Positions 28,669-39,683 of a DNA stretch of 64,000 nt are shown here, piece by piece. Each line of letters starts with the position of its first letter. The first letter of the stretch is position 1. The position numbers were made by a program, and so were the translations under genes. This DNA comes from Nitrospirota bacterium (GTDB lineage: Bacteria; Nitrospirota; UBA9217). Location of the stretch: assembly GCA_963754875.1 (NCBI GenBank), contig CAVWHO010000019.1, forward strand, positions 32,001 to 96,000. The letters are read 5' to 3'. The notes beneath the pieces are model-generated. The model ran no database searches. It was not told the origin of the DNA and was given only the letters and a program-made list of their open reading frames with translations.

Positions 28669-29745
28669 ATGATCACGGTTTCGGACAATATCAAAAACAT
28701 CACACCCTATGTCCCGGGAAAGCCGATCGAGGAGCTTGAGCGGGAGCTCGGGATCAGCGGGAGCATCAAACTCGCATCGAACGAGAACCCCCTCGGGCCG
28801 TCGCCCAAGGCGATGGCGGCGATCAAGAAGGCAGTCGAAGGTCTCAACCGCTATCCCGATGGCAGCGGGTTCTACCTTTCCCAGGCGCTGGCGAAGAAGT
28901 TCAAGGTGGACCTTTCTCAGATCATTCTGGGCAATGGTTCGAACGAACTGATCGAGTTGCTGGTCCGTACCTTCGTGCAGCCGGGTGATGAGGTCGTATC
29001 CGCTGACCCGTCGTTCGTCGTGTACAAGATGATCACGCAGGCGGCTTCAGGCGTGAACGTCATCGTCCCGTGTAAAGACATGAGGCATGATCTCGATGCC
29101 ATGGCAGAACGGATCACGCCGAAGACGAAGATCGTGTTCATCGCAAACCCGAACAACCCGACCGGGACCATGAATACCTTGGCCGAGATGGACCGGTTCA
29201 TGGGCCGCGTTCCCGATCACGTGATCGTCGCTGTGGATGAAGCATACTTCGAATATGTTACCCATGCCGACTATCCCGATTCCCTGGACTACCTGAAGGA
29301 AAATAAGAACGTGGTCGCGCTCCGGACGTTCTCAAAAATTTACGGCCTCGCAGGCCTCCGCATCGGCTACGGCATCACGACCGCGGAGATCGCGGAACTG
29401 TTGAACAAGGTGCGCCAGCCATTCAACACCAATACGCTTGGCCAGATCGGCGCCCTCGCGGCTCTTTCGGACAGGAAGCACGTGGACAAGTCCGTTGCCG
29501 TAAATAATGAAGGAAAGCAGTTTCTCTATAAGGCATTTCAGCGGCTCGGCATATCCTTTGTCCCCACGGAAACCAATTTCATCATGTTCGAAACGCAGCT
29601 CGACGGCAGGGACCTGTACGGCGGGCTTCTCAAAACAGGCGTGATCGTCCGGCCCATGGGCGGCAAGAGGCTGCGGGTTACGATCGGGCTCCCTGAAGAG
29701 AATGCCCGGTTCGTGGCCGAGCTGGAGAAGATCGTCAAGGCGTAA
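28669..29745 (+). CDS. hisC: Histidinol-phosphate/aromatic aminotransferase
   Basis: KLASNENPLG, GNGSNE, NPNNPTG, DEAY, RTFSKIYGLAGLRIG. Confidence 0.95.
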   Translation: MITVSDNIKNITPYVPGKPIEELERELGISGSIKLASNENPLGPSPKAMAAIKKAVEGLNRYPDGSGFYLSQALAKKFKVDLSQIILGNGSNELIELLVRTFVQPGDEVVSADPSFVVYKMITQAASGVNVIVPCKDMRHDLDAMAERITPKTKIVFIANPNNPTGTMNTLAEMDRFMGRVPDHVIVAVDEAYFEYVTHADYPDSLDYLKENKNVVALRTFSKIYGLAGLRIGYGITTAEIAELLNKVRQPFNTNTLGQIGALAALSDRKHVDKSVAVNNEGKQFLYKAFQRLGISFVPTETNFIMFETQLDGRDLYGGLLKTGVIVRPMGGKRLRVTIGLPEENARFVAELEKIVKA

Positions 29746-29831
29746 TTTTTTTCACCGCGGAGGATAAGTTCCAAAAATCTACTCTGCGGTTCTGCGCCTT
29801 CCGCGGTAAATTATTTTAAGAAAGGATCACC

Positions 29832-30845
29832 ATGATCATCGTTGTAAGACCCGATGCGACCGAAGAGCAGGTCGACCACATTATTAAAAAGATTAAGGAC
29901 CATGGTTTGCAGGCTCACGTTTCCAAGGGTACGGAACGGACGATCATCGGCGCGATCGGCGACGAGGCGATCCTGCAGAGCCTGCCGCTTGAAGCCATCC
30001 CCGGCGTCGAGAAGGTGCTCCCGATCCTGAAGCCTTTCAAGCTGGCAAGCTGGGAGTTTAGAAAAGAAAAAACGGTCATCACGGTGGGCGGTCAGAAGAT
30101 CGGCGGGAAGCGGATCGCGGTCATGGCCGGTCCCTGCGCCGTAGAAAACAAAGCACTCCTCATCGAGATCGCGAAAGAGGTCAAGAACGCCGGGGCAAAT
30201 TTCATCCGCGGCGGCGCGTTCAAGCCGCGTACTTCACCGTATGCCTTCCAGGGGCTCGAAGAAGAGGGGCTCAAGTATCTTGCCGAGGCGCGCGACCGCG
30301 TGGGTCTGCCGATCGTAACCGAGGTGATGGATCCCCGGGACATCGATATGATCGTGAAATACGCCGATGTGCTCCAGATCGGCGCTCGGAACATGCAGAA
30401 CTTCCGGCTGCTCAAAGAAGTGGGGTTGTGCAAGAAGCCCGTGCTCCTGAAACGCGGAATATCGGCCACGATCAAGGAATGGCTCATGTCGGCCGAGTAC
30501 ATCATGGCCGGCGGCAATCACAACGTGATCCTGTGCGAGCGCGGCATCCGCACCTACGAGACTGCGACGCGGAACACGCTCGATCTCTCTGCGATCCCGG
30601 TCTTAAAACAGATGACGCATTTGCCGGTCATTGTTGATCCCAGCCATGCAGTGGGCAAATGGGACCTCGTGGCGCCCATGGCAAAGGCGGCGGTGGCGGC
30701 CGGTGCCGACGGCCTCATCATCGAGGTGCACTCGAACCCCGAAGAAGCGCTCTGCGACGGCGAACAGTCGCTGAAACCCAAGAGCTTCAAACAGCTGATG
30801 GAAGAAATGAAACCTATTGCCGCGGCAGTAGGAAGAGAAATCTGA
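29832..30845 (+). CDS. aroF: DAHP synthase class I-beta with N-terminal regulatory domain
   Basis: [34 protein letters not shown]. Confidence 0.95.
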   Translation: MIIVVRPDATEEQVDHIIKKIKDHGLQAHVSKGTERTIIGAIGDEAILQSLPLEAIPGVEKVLPILKPFKLASWEFRKEKTVITVGGQKIGGKRIAVMAGPCAVENKALLIEIAKEVKNAGANFIRGGAFKPRTSPYAFQGLEEEGLKYLAEARDRVGLPIVTEVMDPRDIDMIVKYADVLQIGARNMQNFRLLKEVGLCKKPVLLKRGISATIKEWLMSAEYIMAGGNHNVILCERGIRTYETATRNTLDLSAIPVLKQMTHLPVIVDPSHAVGKWDLVAPMAKAAVAAGADGLIIEVHSNPEEALCDGEQSLKPKSFKQLMEEMKPIAAAVGREI

Positions 30846-30858
30846 CGAATACGGAATT

Positions 30859-30909
30859 CACCCTGCACTCGCGCCAGGCACTCGTAACCGCTGGGCGCAA
30901 GCGGAATGC
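30859..30909 (+). repeat. Stand-alone ~44-nt core module of the MITE-like family inside a CGGAAT-type short repeat
   Basis: CACCCTGCACTCGCGCCAGGCACTCGTAACCGCTGGGCGCAAGC matches the core at 28587, 39602 and 44149. Confidence 0.8.
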
Positions 30910-31059
30910 AGTGTGCGGAGTATTAGCAGTCGCAGGCGTTAGCCTGCGTTGAAAATATGATGGCCAAAGGGAATGGATCGTTTAATCAAGAAGACTGTAC
31001 TAATATCCTCTTATTCCCTTAATTCTACTCCTTGCATCGTCTTATATCAGTAAATAATT

Positions 31060-31920
31060 ATGATTCACTTTAATAAAGTCACCATCATCGGCGTAGGGCT
31101 TATCGGCGGTTCTCTTGCCAAGGTCCTCAAGACCTCCGGACTGGCCGGTTCGATCACAGGTTCGGGCAGGAGCAAGGAAACGCTCGAACTGGCGCTCCGG
31201 CTAGGTGTAATCGACCAAATAGGGCAGGGGCCCAAGCATGCCGTCGAAGGGGCTGACCTCGTGGTGCTTGCATCGCCGGTCGGAACTTTCGAGGACGTCG
31301 TGCGCGAGATCGGGCCGTACCTGAAAACAGGCGCAATCCTTACCGATGTGGGGAGCGTCAAGGGTAAACTGGTGCACAGGATCGAGGAAATCCTTCCCAC
31401 GGGAATTTACTTCGTGCCGGGACACCCAATAGCGGGTAAGGAAAAATTCGGCGTATCCGAAGCAACCGAGACGCTGTTCCGGGGTGCTAAGTGCATTCTG
31501 ACTCCGACGGACAGAACCGAAAATGCCGCCGTCGATGCTCTCCGGGAGGTCTGGACCAAAGCTGGCGCGAATGTGATTATCATGGATCCGGACCTGCACG
31601 ATACGATATTTGCCGCCGTGAGTCACATGCCTCACGTCGCTGCTTTTGCCATGATGTGCGCAGTGGCTGAGTTGAACACGGGGACTGAAAATTACCTCAA
31701 TTTTTCCGGAGCGGGGTTCAAGGATTTTACACGTATAGCCGCGAGTTCACCGGAGATCTGGAGTGATATCTGCCTCATGAACCGGGATAATATTGTCCAT
31801 ATGCTCGACCGGTTCCTCTTCTCGCTGAACCGGCTAAAGCGGGACCTGGTCGCGAATGATGCCAAAAATTTCGAAAAGCATCTTAAGATCGCGAGCGATG
31901 CGAGACGAGGTTTGGGCTAG
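31060..31920 (+). CDS. tyrA: Prephenate/arogenate dehydrogenase
   Basis: IIGVGLIGGS, DVGSVK, GHPIAG, SHMPH, GFKDFTRIA. Confidence 0.95.
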   Translation: MIHFNKVTIIGVGLIGGSLAKVLKTSGLAGSITGSGRSKETLELALRLGVIDQIGQGPKHAVEGADLVVLASPVGTFEDVVREIGPYLKTGAILTDVGSVKGKLVHRIEEILPTGIYFVPGHPIAGKEKFGVSEATETLFRGAKCILTPTDRTENAAVDALREVWTKAGANVIIMDPDLHDTIFAAVSHMPHVAAFAMMCAVAELNTGTENYLNFSGAGFKDFTRIAASSPEIWSDICLMNRDNIVHMLDRFLFSLNRLKRDLVANDAKNFEKHLKIASDARRGLG

Positions 31921-31923
31921 CCG

Positions 31924-33231
31924 ATGTCGGATCTCGTCATAAAGCCGTCGTCCGGACTCCGCGGTACGATCATGCTGCCGGGAGACAAGTCACTTTCTCA
32001 CCGGGCGGTTTTATTTTCCGCAATTGCCGAAGGCGAAACCGTTATTACCGGATTTCTCACCGGCGAAGATACACAAAATACCGCGAAAGCGGTGCAGACC
32101 ATGGGAATCGAAGTGGCAGGTTTGGGGACCGAGCGTCTCGTTGTGCACGGCAAGGGGCTGGACGGTCTCTCCGAACCTGTCGACGTGCTCGACCTCGGAA
32201 ACTCGGGCACGGGCATGCGTCTCCTGGCCGGTTTGCTTGCAGGGCAGAATTTTTTTTCCGTTCTCTCCGGCGACCGGTACCTGAGAAACAGGCCGATGGC
32301 CAGAATTGTCGAGCCGCTCCGGCAGATGGGCGCGGTCATTGACGGCCGTTCCAACGGCAGGTTCGCCCCGCTCTCCATCAGGGGCGGCGGCAATGCCATC
32401 AAGCCTATCGACTACGTAAGCCCCGTTGCCAGCGCCCAGGTCAAGTCCGCGGTTCTCCTTGCAGGACTGTACGCGAACGGAACAACGTCGGTACGGGAAC
32501 CGTCGAAATCGCGGGACCACACCGAGCGGATGTTCCGGTTTTTTGGACTGGACGTCAAAGAAGAGGGAACAACCGTGGCGGTACGCGGCGGTCAGCGCCT
32601 GCGCGCACAGGGGCAGCTCGACATTCCGTCAGACATTTCATCGGCCGCGTTCTTCATCGTAGCCGCATCGATCGTCCCGGGCTCCGACGTGACGATACGA
32701 AACGTCGGGGTGAACCCCACGCGCACCGGCATCATCGATGTCCTTCTGCAAATGGGCGCTGACATTACACTCCACAGCAGGCGCGAACAGGCAGGCGAAC
32801 CCGTGGCTGACATCCGGGTACGCCACCGCAAGCTCAACGCCGCCCGGATCGACGGGACCATGATTCCCCGTGCAATCGATGAAATCCCCGTCTTGTCCGT
32901 GGCCGCGTCCTATGCTGCGGGAAAGACCGTCATTCGGGACGCAGCCGAACTTCGGGTCAAGGAATCCGACCGGATCTCGACCATTGCCGGGGAACTCCGC
33001 AGGATGGGAGTGACGGTAACAGAGCTTCCCGACGGCATGGAGATCATTGGCAGGGACGTGCTTGACAGCGCTGTGTGCGAGAGCCACGGGGATCACCGAA
33101 TCGCCATGTCCATGGCCATTGCCGGTCTCGCTGCTCACGGAACTACAGTGGTGCGCGATATTGGCTGGATCGATACATCGTTCCCGGGCTTCGAACGGAT
33201 CTTGCGGCAGACAGCGTATCCGCCGGAGTAG
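31924..33231 (+). CDS. aroA: EPSP synthase
   Basis: PGDKSLSHR, GNSGTGMR, SAQVKS, RDHTER, RVKESDR, DHRIAM. Confidence 0.97.
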   Translation: MSDLVIKPSSGLRGTIMLPGDKSLSHRAVLFSAIAEGETVITGFLTGEDTQNTAKAVQTMGIEVAGLGTERLVVHGKGLDGLSEPVDVLDLGNSGTGMRLLAGLLAGQNFFSVLSGDRYLRNRPMARIVEPLRQMGAVIDGRSNGRFAPLSIRGGGNAIKPIDYVSPVASAQVKSAVLLAGLYANGTTSVREPSKSRDHTERMFRFFGLDVKEEGTTVAVRGGQRLRAQGQLDIPSDISSAAFFIVAASIVPGSDVTIRNVGVNPTRTGIIDVLLQMGADITLHSRREQAGEPVADIRVRHRKLNAARIDGTMIPRAIDEIPVLSVAASYAAGKTVIRDAAELRVKESDRISTIAGELRRMGVTVTELPDGMEIIGRDVLDSAVCESHGDHRIAMSMAIAGLAAHGTTVVRDIGWIDTSFPGFERILRQTAYPPE

Positions 33232-33278
33232 CGGTCGACAATTAAATTGTGCTTATCTGAGGCGAACAACCTTGAACA

Positions 33279-33348
33279 TTTGACAGGATAACAGGATTGA
33301 CGGGATGGAGGGTTATTTTATCCGATTTTATTCTGTGATCCCGTCAAA
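33279..33348. repeat. Intergenic inverted repeat of 9-mer units (ACAGGAT type)
   Basis: TTTGACAGGATAACAGGATTGACGGGAT against ATCCGATTTTATTCTGTGATCCCGTCAAA (imperfect). Confidence 0.65.
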
Positions 33349-33381
33349 CTGTTATTTCGGTTTTATCCGGATCTGGTCATC

Positions 33382-34056
33382 ATGAAGAAAAAAGGATTGG
33401 TAATAGCCCTTGACGGGCCATCGGGCGCGGGCAAAAGTACCATTGCCCGGCTCTTGGCTCGGAAACTGGGTTATATATATATAGATACCGGCGCTATGTA
33501 CCGGGCAATCGGCTGGAAGGCGAAGCAGGAACACATCGACCCGGCCGATGAGCCGAAACTTGCCGAGCTCTGCCTGCGGACCGAGGTCTTGATCAAGAAC
33601 GACGACAGCGACCCCAGGGTTTCCGTTGACGGCAGGGATGTGAGCGGCGAGATACGGACCCCGGAAATGGGAATGATGGCGTCCTCCGTGTCGAAGTCTC
33701 CGGCGGTCCGGGCACGGCTTCTTACCCTGCAGAGAGAGCTCGGCAGAAACGGCGGCGTGGTGATGGACGGCAGGGACATCGGCACGGTCGTATTTCCCGA
33801 CGCTGAGGTGAAATTTTATCTGGACGCGAGCGCCGAGGAACGCGGCCGTCGCCGCTACCTTGAGCTGAAGGCAAAGGGCATGGACGTTGATCTGGCGCAG
33901 ATCACGAAGGAAATCCAGGACCGCGATAAACAGGACAGCGGCCGCGCCCTGGCCCCGCTCAGGAAAGCCGAGGACGCCCAGCTGCTCGATTCGACGGGAG
34001 TGAGCATCGATGATGTCCTGGCCACGATGCTGTCGGCAGTGCAAAAGGTGCAGTAA
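33382..34056 (+). CDS. cmk: Cytidylate kinase
   Basis: ALDGPSGAGKST, DTGAMYR, DGRDIGTVVFP. Confidence 0.97.
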   Translation: MKKKGLVIALDGPSGAGKSTIARLLARKLGYIYIDTGAMYRAIGWKAKQEHIDPADEPKLAELCLRTEVLIKNDDSDPRVSVDGRDVSGEIRTPEMGMMASSVSKSPAVRARLLTLQRELGRNGGVVMDGRDIGTVVFPDAEVKFYLDASAEERGRRRYLELKAKGMDVDLAQITKEIQDRDKQDSGRALAPLRKAEDAQLLDSTGVSIDDVLATMLSAVQKVQ

Positions 34057-34061
34057 CGAAC

Positions 34062-34898
34062 ATGGAAATATTTCTTGCAGATAAAGCGGGGTTCTGTTTC
34101 GGCGTCAAACGGGCGATCAATACCGCATTCGAAGCTGTCGGTAAAACACGGGTGTATTGCCTGGGACCGCTGATACACAATCCGCAGGAAGTTGATCGTC
34201 TGCGCCGTGCAGGCGTGCAGACCGTTGAAGATTTCAGCACCCTGAGCCCCGGTGATACGCTCATTATTCGTTCGCACGGGGTGCCGCCGCGCGTGCTTAC
34301 GCAGGCCCGCGATATGGGGCTCTCCATCATCGACCTTACCTGTCCTTTTGTGGGGAAGGCGCAGCGTTTCGCAGAGGCGCTCTATAAGGAAGGATACCAG
34401 GTTGTTGTCGTAGGGGAGAAGAAGCACCCCGAGGTTCAAAGTATTCTGGGATACGCCGGTGAGAACGCCGTTGTCGTAGAAACAGCAGAAGATGTGGAAA
34501 GTGTGAAGCTCCAGGGTCGGCTTGGCGTCGTTGCGCAAACTACGCAATCATATGGTAATTTTTCAGAAATTGTGCTAACATTATTGCGTATTTCCAAAGA
34601 ATTAAAGGTCTTCAACACTATCTGCAGCTCAACCAAGGAACGTCAGGAAGCTGCCCGCGTGCTTGCGAGGCAGGTTGACCTTATGCTGGTCGTGGGCGGT
34701 CGCAACAGCGCCAATACCAGCAGGTTGGCAGACTTGTGCCGGAAGGAAGGAAAACCCACCTATCATATCGAGGTGGCAGACGAGATACGGGCTGAGTGGC
34801 TTAAAGGCGTTACCAAGATAGGAGTCACTGCCGGTGCTTCCACGCCTGACTGGCTCGTGGATGGTGTCATCGAAAAATTGAAGCTCACTCGTCAGTAA
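34062..34898 (+). CDS. ispH: 4-hydroxy-3-methylbut-2-enyl diphosphate reductase
   Basis: GFCFGVKRA, TCPFV, HPEV, TICSST, SANT, AGASTP. Confidence 0.97.
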   Translation: MEIFLADKAGFCFGVKRAINTAFEAVGKTRVYCLGPLIHNPQEVDRLRRAGVQTVEDFSTLSPGDTLIIRSHGVPPRVLTQARDMGLSIIDLTCPFVGKAQRFAEALYKEGYQVVVVGEKKHPEVQSILGYAGENAVVVETAEDVESVKLQGRLGVVAQTTQSYGNFSEIVLTLLRISKELKVFNTICSSTKERQEAARVLARQVDLMLVVGGRNSANTSRLADLCRKEGKPTYHIEVADEIRAEWLKGVTKIGVTAGASTPDWLVDGVIEKLKLTRQ

Positions 34899-35007
34899 CG
34901 TGAGGCGCAGAGTATCAAAGCGTTATGAGGAAAAAACAAATTTCACATTTTGTCTGAAGAATTTGATGATTACGGAAGAGTTCACTTTCAGGAGGTAGGG
35001 ACGTTTC

Positions 35008-36702
35008 ATGGGAGATACGCGAGAAGATATGGAGCACGAAGAGAACACCGCAGCAGCCGGGCAGGAAACGGAGTTCGAGCAACTGTACAACCAGTCATTG
35101 AAACGTTTTAAGGCTGGGACGCTTGTCCGGGCGCGGGTGCTGCAGATCCGGTCGGGTGTCGTGATGGTGGACCTCGGCTACAAGTCGGACGGCATTATTC
35201 CCGTGGAACAATTCACGGAGGAAGAACTGAAAGTTCTGAAACCGGGAGATGAAATCGAGGTGCTGCTCGAAGCCGCGGAAGACACCAATGGGAACATCAT
35301 GCTCTCCCGGGATAAGGCAAAGAAGCTCCAGGTCTGGGACGATTTAAACCGCGCCTATCAGAGCGGGACGCCGGTCAGCGGGAAGGTGCTCTCGACGATC
35401 AAGGGCGGCTTGAGCGTCGACATCGGCGGAGTGATCGCGTTCCTGCCCGGGTCCCAGGTCGATGTCAAGCCCGTCCAGAACCTCGGCAGGATGGTCGGGC
35501 AGAGCATGGACCTCAAAATCATCAAGATGAACTCGGGCCGCGGCAACATCGTGCTCTCTCGAAGAGCCCTCCTGGAACATGCGCAGAACCTCAAGAAGGA
35601 AGCAACGCTCTCCGCCCTCGCCGAGGGACAGATCGTGAGCGGGGTCATCAAGAACATTACCGACTATGGCGCCTTTGTCGATCTTGGGGGCATTGACGGC
35701 CTGATGCATATCACCGATATTTCCTGGGGCAGGATCAACCATCCCTCGGAGGCATTCAAGGTCGGCGACCGCGTAGAAGTCGTAATTCTCAAGTACGATC
35801 GGGAGAAGCAGAAGGTATCACTCGGCATGAAGCAGAAAACGCCGGACCCCTGGCTGTCCGCGGCTGAGAAATATCCCGTGGGCGGAAGGGTGCGCGGCAA
35901 GGTCGTGAGCCTGACCGATTACGGCGCTTTTGTAGAACTGGAGCACGGCATTGAAGGGCTCGTTCACGTGTCCGAAATGTCCTGGGTCCAGAAAGTCAAG
36001 CACCCTTCCAAGATCGTTTCTTTCGGCGATATGATCGAAGCGCAGGTGTTAGCGGTTGATCCGAATGCGAAACGCATCTCGCTCGGCATAAAGCAGATCC
36101 AGCCGAATCCCTGGCAGACCATCGGCGATCGCTATCCCGTCGGTTCTCAGGTAGAAGGCAAGGTCAAGACGATCACGGACTTCGGCGCCTTCATCGGTCT
36201 TGAGGAAGGGATAGACGGTCTGGTCCACATTTCCGACTTGTCCTGGACAAAACATATCAAGCACCCTTCCGAAATGCTCAAGAAGGGACAGCAGACCAAG
36301 GTTGTCGTGCTTTCCATCGACCCTGCGAAAGAGCGCATCTCACTCGGTCTCAAACAGCTGACACCGGACCCCTGGGACAAAGCCGTCCCCGAGCGGTATA
36401 AGGTCGGCCAGGATGAAACGGTCAAGGTGACGAAGAAGGCCGATTTCGGGCTGTTCGTGGATCTGGAGCAGGGGATCGAGGGTCTCATTCCCACATCGGA
36501 GATCCCCAAAGACGCCGAGGAAATTAAAGAAGGTGCTGAAGTGACCGCACGTGTCATCAAAGTAGACAGGAACGACCGCAAGATCGCGCTTTCGATCAAG
36601 GCCCATATTAAGGGCAGAGACCGGTCGACCCTGAAGGAATACATGAACCAGCAGCAAAAGCCCGACACGACGATTGGCGCACTGTTGAAGGAACGGAGCT
36701 GA
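35008..36702 (+). CDS. rpsA: 30S ribosomal protein S1
   Basis: Six S1 repeats (TDYGAFVDLG, GLVHVSE); AGGAGG RBS. Confidence 0.97.
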   Translation: MGDTREDMEHEENTAAAGQETEFEQLYNQSLKRFKAGTLVRARVLQIRSGVVMVDLGYKSDGIIPVEQFTEEELKVLKPGDEIEVLLEAAEDTNGNIMLSRDKAKKLQVWDDLNRAYQSGTPVSGKVLSTIKGGLSVDIGGVIAFLPGSQVDVKPVQNLGRMVGQSMDLKIIKMNSGRGNIVLSRRALLEHAQNLKKEATLSALAEGQIVSGVIKNITDYGAFVDLGGIDGLMHITDISWGRINHPSEAFKVGDRVEVVILKYDREKQKVSLGMKQKTPDPWLSAAEKYPVGGRVRGKVVSLTDYGAFVELEHGIEGLVHVSEMSWVQKVKHPSKIVSFGDMIEAQVLAVDPNAKRISLGIKQIQPNPWQTIGDRYPVGSQVEGKVKTITDFGAFIGLEEGIDGLVHISDLSWTKHIKHPSEMLKKGQQTKVVVLSIDPAKERISLGLKQLTPDPWDKAVPERYKVGQDETVKVTKKADFGLFVDLEQGIEGLIPTSEIPKDAEEIKEGAEVTARVIKVDRNDRKIALSIKAHIKGRDRSTLKEYMNQQQKPDTTIGALLKERS

Positions 36703-36706
36703 TCGC

Positions 36707-37606
36707 ATGAAACGGAATCCCGTTTTGACGGTGCTGGGGACCGCGGTTGCGCTTGGGGTGCTGTTCGTTCTTCTCCTCGCTCTTGCCTCGTATCTCACGG
36801 GGGGCAAGGGCCGATCTGCCTCCCTCTCGGTCGTCGGTTCAGACAAAGTAGCGCTCGTCAAGATAGAAGGATTGCTCGTCTCCTCAGACAACATTGTAGA
36901 GGAACTGCATGATTACACTGAGGATGGTTCCATTAAGGCCATCGTTCTTCGGATAGACAGCCCGGGCGGCGGTGTGGTCGCTGCCCAGGAAATCTATAAT
37001 GCGGTGAAGAATGCGCGAAAAGAAGGAAAGAAAGTCGTCGTGTCCATGGGGTCGGTGGCTGCGTCGGGCGGCTATTACATTGCGGCGGGTGCTGACAAAA
37101 TCGTCGCCAACCCCGGCACGCTCACCGGAAGCATCGGCGTCATCATGGAGTTTGCCAACGTTGAAAAGCTCCTGGAGAAAATCGGCGTAAAAGGGATGGT
37201 CATAAAAGCGGGACAATTCAAGGACGTAGGATCTCCGTTCCGTGAGATGACCGACCAGGAAAAGAAACTCTTGCAGGGTGTGATCGACGACGTGCACGCC
37301 CAGTTCATCGATGCGGTAGCCAAGGGGCGAAGCATCCCGCTTGACGACGTTAAGGCAATAGCAGACGGCCGTATATTCACGGGACGCCAGGCGCTTAAGC
37401 TCAAGCTCGTCGACAAGATGGGAGACCTGACCGAAAGCATCCAGCTGGCGGGGACGTTGGCAGGGATCAAGGGAAAGCCGACGATCGTGGAAAAAAAGAA
37501 AAAGATTCCGTTCCTTGACTATTTGAAAGAAGAGTCTGCAGCATGGATCGGAGATGTTCTTACACGTGGACTCAGCAGGAACACTGTGTCATTACAGTAT
37601 CGATAA
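36707..37606 (+). CDS. sppA: Signal peptide peptidase
   Basis: RIDSPGG, AASGGYY, TGSIGVI, ADGRIFTG. Confidence 0.95.
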   Translation: MKRNPVLTVLGTAVALGVLFVLLLALASYLTGGKGRSASLSVVGSDKVALVKIEGLLVSSDNIVEELHDYTEDGSIKAIVLRIDSPGGGVVAAQEIYNAVKNARKEGKKVVVSMGSVAASGGYYIAAGADKIVANPGTLTGSIGVIMEFANVEKLLEKIGVKGMVIKAGQFKDVGSPFREMTDQEKKLLQGVIDDVHAQFIDAVAKGRSIPLDDVKAIADGRIFTGRQALKLKLVDKMGDLTESIQLAGTLAGIKGKPTIVEKKKKIPFLDYLKEESAAWIGDVLTRGLSRNTVSLQYR

Positions 37607-37642
37607 TCGATAGAGTCTGTTGCACTTCTAGGAGGGTATTGC

Positions 37643-37927
37643 ATGACAAAGGCGGAACTGGTTGACAAAATAGCCGAAAAAAAGCCGGGTTTAACCAGGA
37701 AACAAGTGGAAGTCGTCGTCAATACTGTGCTCGACGGAATAAAAGAAGCCTTGTCCCGTGAAGACAAAGTCGAGATCCGGGGCTTCGGCAGTTTCCGTAT
37801 CCGGCATCGGCGGGCAAAAGAGGGCAGGAATCCCAAGACCGGTGAGACCGTCCAGGTGCCGCCCAAGAAAGTGCCGTTCTTTAAAGCTGGCAAAGAGATG
37901 CGTGAAATGGTCGATGGCAAGCTCTAG
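37643..37927 (+). CDS. ihfB: Integration host factor beta / HU-family protein
   Basis: EIRGFGSF, GRNPKTGE, PFFKAGK; located after rpsA-sppA. Confidence 0.85.
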   Translation: MTKAELVDKIAEKKPGLTRKQVEVVVNTVLDGIKEALSREDKVEIRGFGSFRIRHRRAKEGRNPKTGETVQVPPKKVPFFKAGKEMREMVDGKL

Positions 37928-38114
37928 CGCACGATTCGTGCTGTATGGCTGCTTATCTTTCCCCGGGTAGTTGCCGAACAGCCTTCAGCAACGCTGAAAT
38001 GCAAGAGCCACAAAGACGTCCGAAACGAAGGAGCATTCAGTTGGTGAATCTCTATCGCATCGGGTGGCTTGGTGGCTCTTTCGTTTTGAAGCATGAACAC
38101 CGCCGGCCTGAGAG

Positions 38115-38762
38115 ATGATGCATACTGAATATTTTGACGTGCTGGACTGCAGTGCCAGAAAGACCGGAGAAGTAATCGCCCGCCACGAGGCGCACCGGAC
38201 CGGTGCGTGGCATGGGGCGTTCCATTGCCTTATTATCGGGGAACTGAACGGCCGTGGTTATGCGCTGTTCCAGAAGCGGTCGATGGCGAAAATGATAGCT
38301 CCGGGCAAGTTTGATGTAAGCGTTGGCGGACATTATGCAAGCGGCGAGGACGTTGCGGCCGCGGGTCCACGCGAAATCAAAGAAGAACTCGGCATCGATG
38401 TGCAATTTGCCGAACTCCTGCCCGTCGGGCGCAGGGTCTTCGTATACTGCTTCGAGCCTGGTGTCCGGGAGTGCGAATTTCAGGATGTGTTCTTTCTTCC
38501 CCGGAGTATCCGTCCCGAGGAGTTAATGCTCCAGCGCGAAGAGCTGGACGGAGTCATCACGATGAACGTGGAACAGGGCATATCTCTTTTTTCGAGAACG
38601 ATACTGCAGACTGAAGTTTTTCTGCACGGGACCAACGGCCGGCGGGAACATCTCTGGGTCGCTGCTGACGATTTCGTCCCCTCGCTCGACAACTATTACC
38701 TCAAGCTGCTCCTTCTTACGCGCCGGTATTTGAGCGGCGACCGCGAACATCTTCTCATTTGA
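38115..38762 (+). CDS. NUDIX hydrolase, IPP-isomerase-like
   Basis: H..G.WH, QKRS..K..PGKFD.SVGGH...GED...REIKEELG. Confidence 0.85.
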   Translation: MMHTEYFDVLDCSARKTGEVIARHEAHRTGAWHGAFHCLIIGELNGRGYALFQKRSMAKMIAPGKFDVSVGGHYASGEDVAAAGPREIKEELGIDVQFAELLPVGRRVFVYCFEPGVRECEFQDVFFLPRSIRPEELMLQREELDGVITMNVEQGISLFSRTILQTEVFLHGTNGRREHLWVAADDFVPSLDNYYLKLLLLTRRYLSGDREHLLI

Positions 38763-39045
38763 ACCTGCCTATTGCTTCATTTTAGCAAAATTTTTTTTAT
38801 CCTCAAATAATCAATTACCGTACACTCAACCTTTCCGCCATCACCTGCGTCGTGCTCTCCCTCAGGGAGCCTCGTACGCTGGACTTTGGACCCTGAACTT
38901 TCCTCATCTCTGACTTGACTATCAATGCAATTCAGGTAAACTTAAAAAAGATTGTGTTCGGCGAGATCCTTGCGACAGGAGGGTAGGGGGTAAAACCGCA
39001 GCGGTAGTACTCTGCGCGAACGTCGGTTTCTCCCTCGCAAACGGC

Positions 39046-39561
39046 ATGAAACTAACGTGGCTTATCAGCGGGCTGCTTGTCGTCATTATCGCTGCTCTCG
39101 CCGTCCTTGCGTTCATGTACATTCTGCCGCTCGATCTTCGGGACCGCTCCCCGCTCCAGCCGATAGCGTTCAGCCATAAGAAGCACGCGGGCGACAACGC
39201 CATTCCTTGCCTTTTCTGTCACCGTTATGCCCCGAAGTCTTCGGTCGCCGGCATTCCCGCAGTTGCGGACTGTCGCGCCTGCCACCTGTTCATAGCTCAG
39301 AACGCTCCCGAAATCAAAAAGCTGATGATGTATTGGGATAAAAAAGAACCGGTCCCCTGGGTCAGGGTCTACGGCGTGCCCGACTTCGTCTATTTCCCGC
39401 ACATGATGCATATACGAGCCGGGCTCGATTGCGGCACCTGTCACGGTAACGTGGCATCTATGGAACGGATTACCCGGAGCGTTAAAATCAAAATGGGTTG
39501 GTGTCTGAATTGCCATCGCCGGCACAAGGCAAGCATCGATTGCTGGACGTGCCATAAGTGA
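39046..39561 (+). CDS. Membrane-anchored pentaheme cytochrome c (ActA/QrcA-like)
   Basis: N-terminal TM, QPIAFSHKKHAG, five CxxCH motifs (CLFCH, CRACH, CGTCH, CLNCH, CWTCH). Confidence 0.92.
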   Translation: MKLTWLISGLLVVIIAALAVLAFMYILPLDLRDRSPLQPIAFSHKKHAGDNAIPCLFCHRYAPKSSVAGIPAVADCRACHLFIAQNAPEIKKLMMYWDKKEPVPWVRVYGVPDFVYFPHMMHIRAGLDCGTCHGNVASMERITRSVKIKMGWCLNCHRRHKASIDCWTCHK

Positions 39562-39666
39562 TTTTGGACCGAGCCGGCCATGTCGGCGTGATTTACGGCA
39601 ACACCCTGCATTCGCGGCATAGCACTCATAATCGCTGGGTGCAGGCACGGTTGCCTTGGTCCAAAA
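39562..39666 (+). mobile_element. MITE-like repeat, copy 2
   Basis: Terminal IR TTTTGGACCGAG / CTTGGTCCAAAA (11 of 12) enclosing the core module. Confidence 0.75.
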
Positions 39667-39683
39667 AAGTACAGGGAGCCTGA

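Noticed and set aside
27425..37927. hisC and ispH inside the aromatic/cmk-rpsA operon as a novelty
   Set aside because: Well-known conserved gene order
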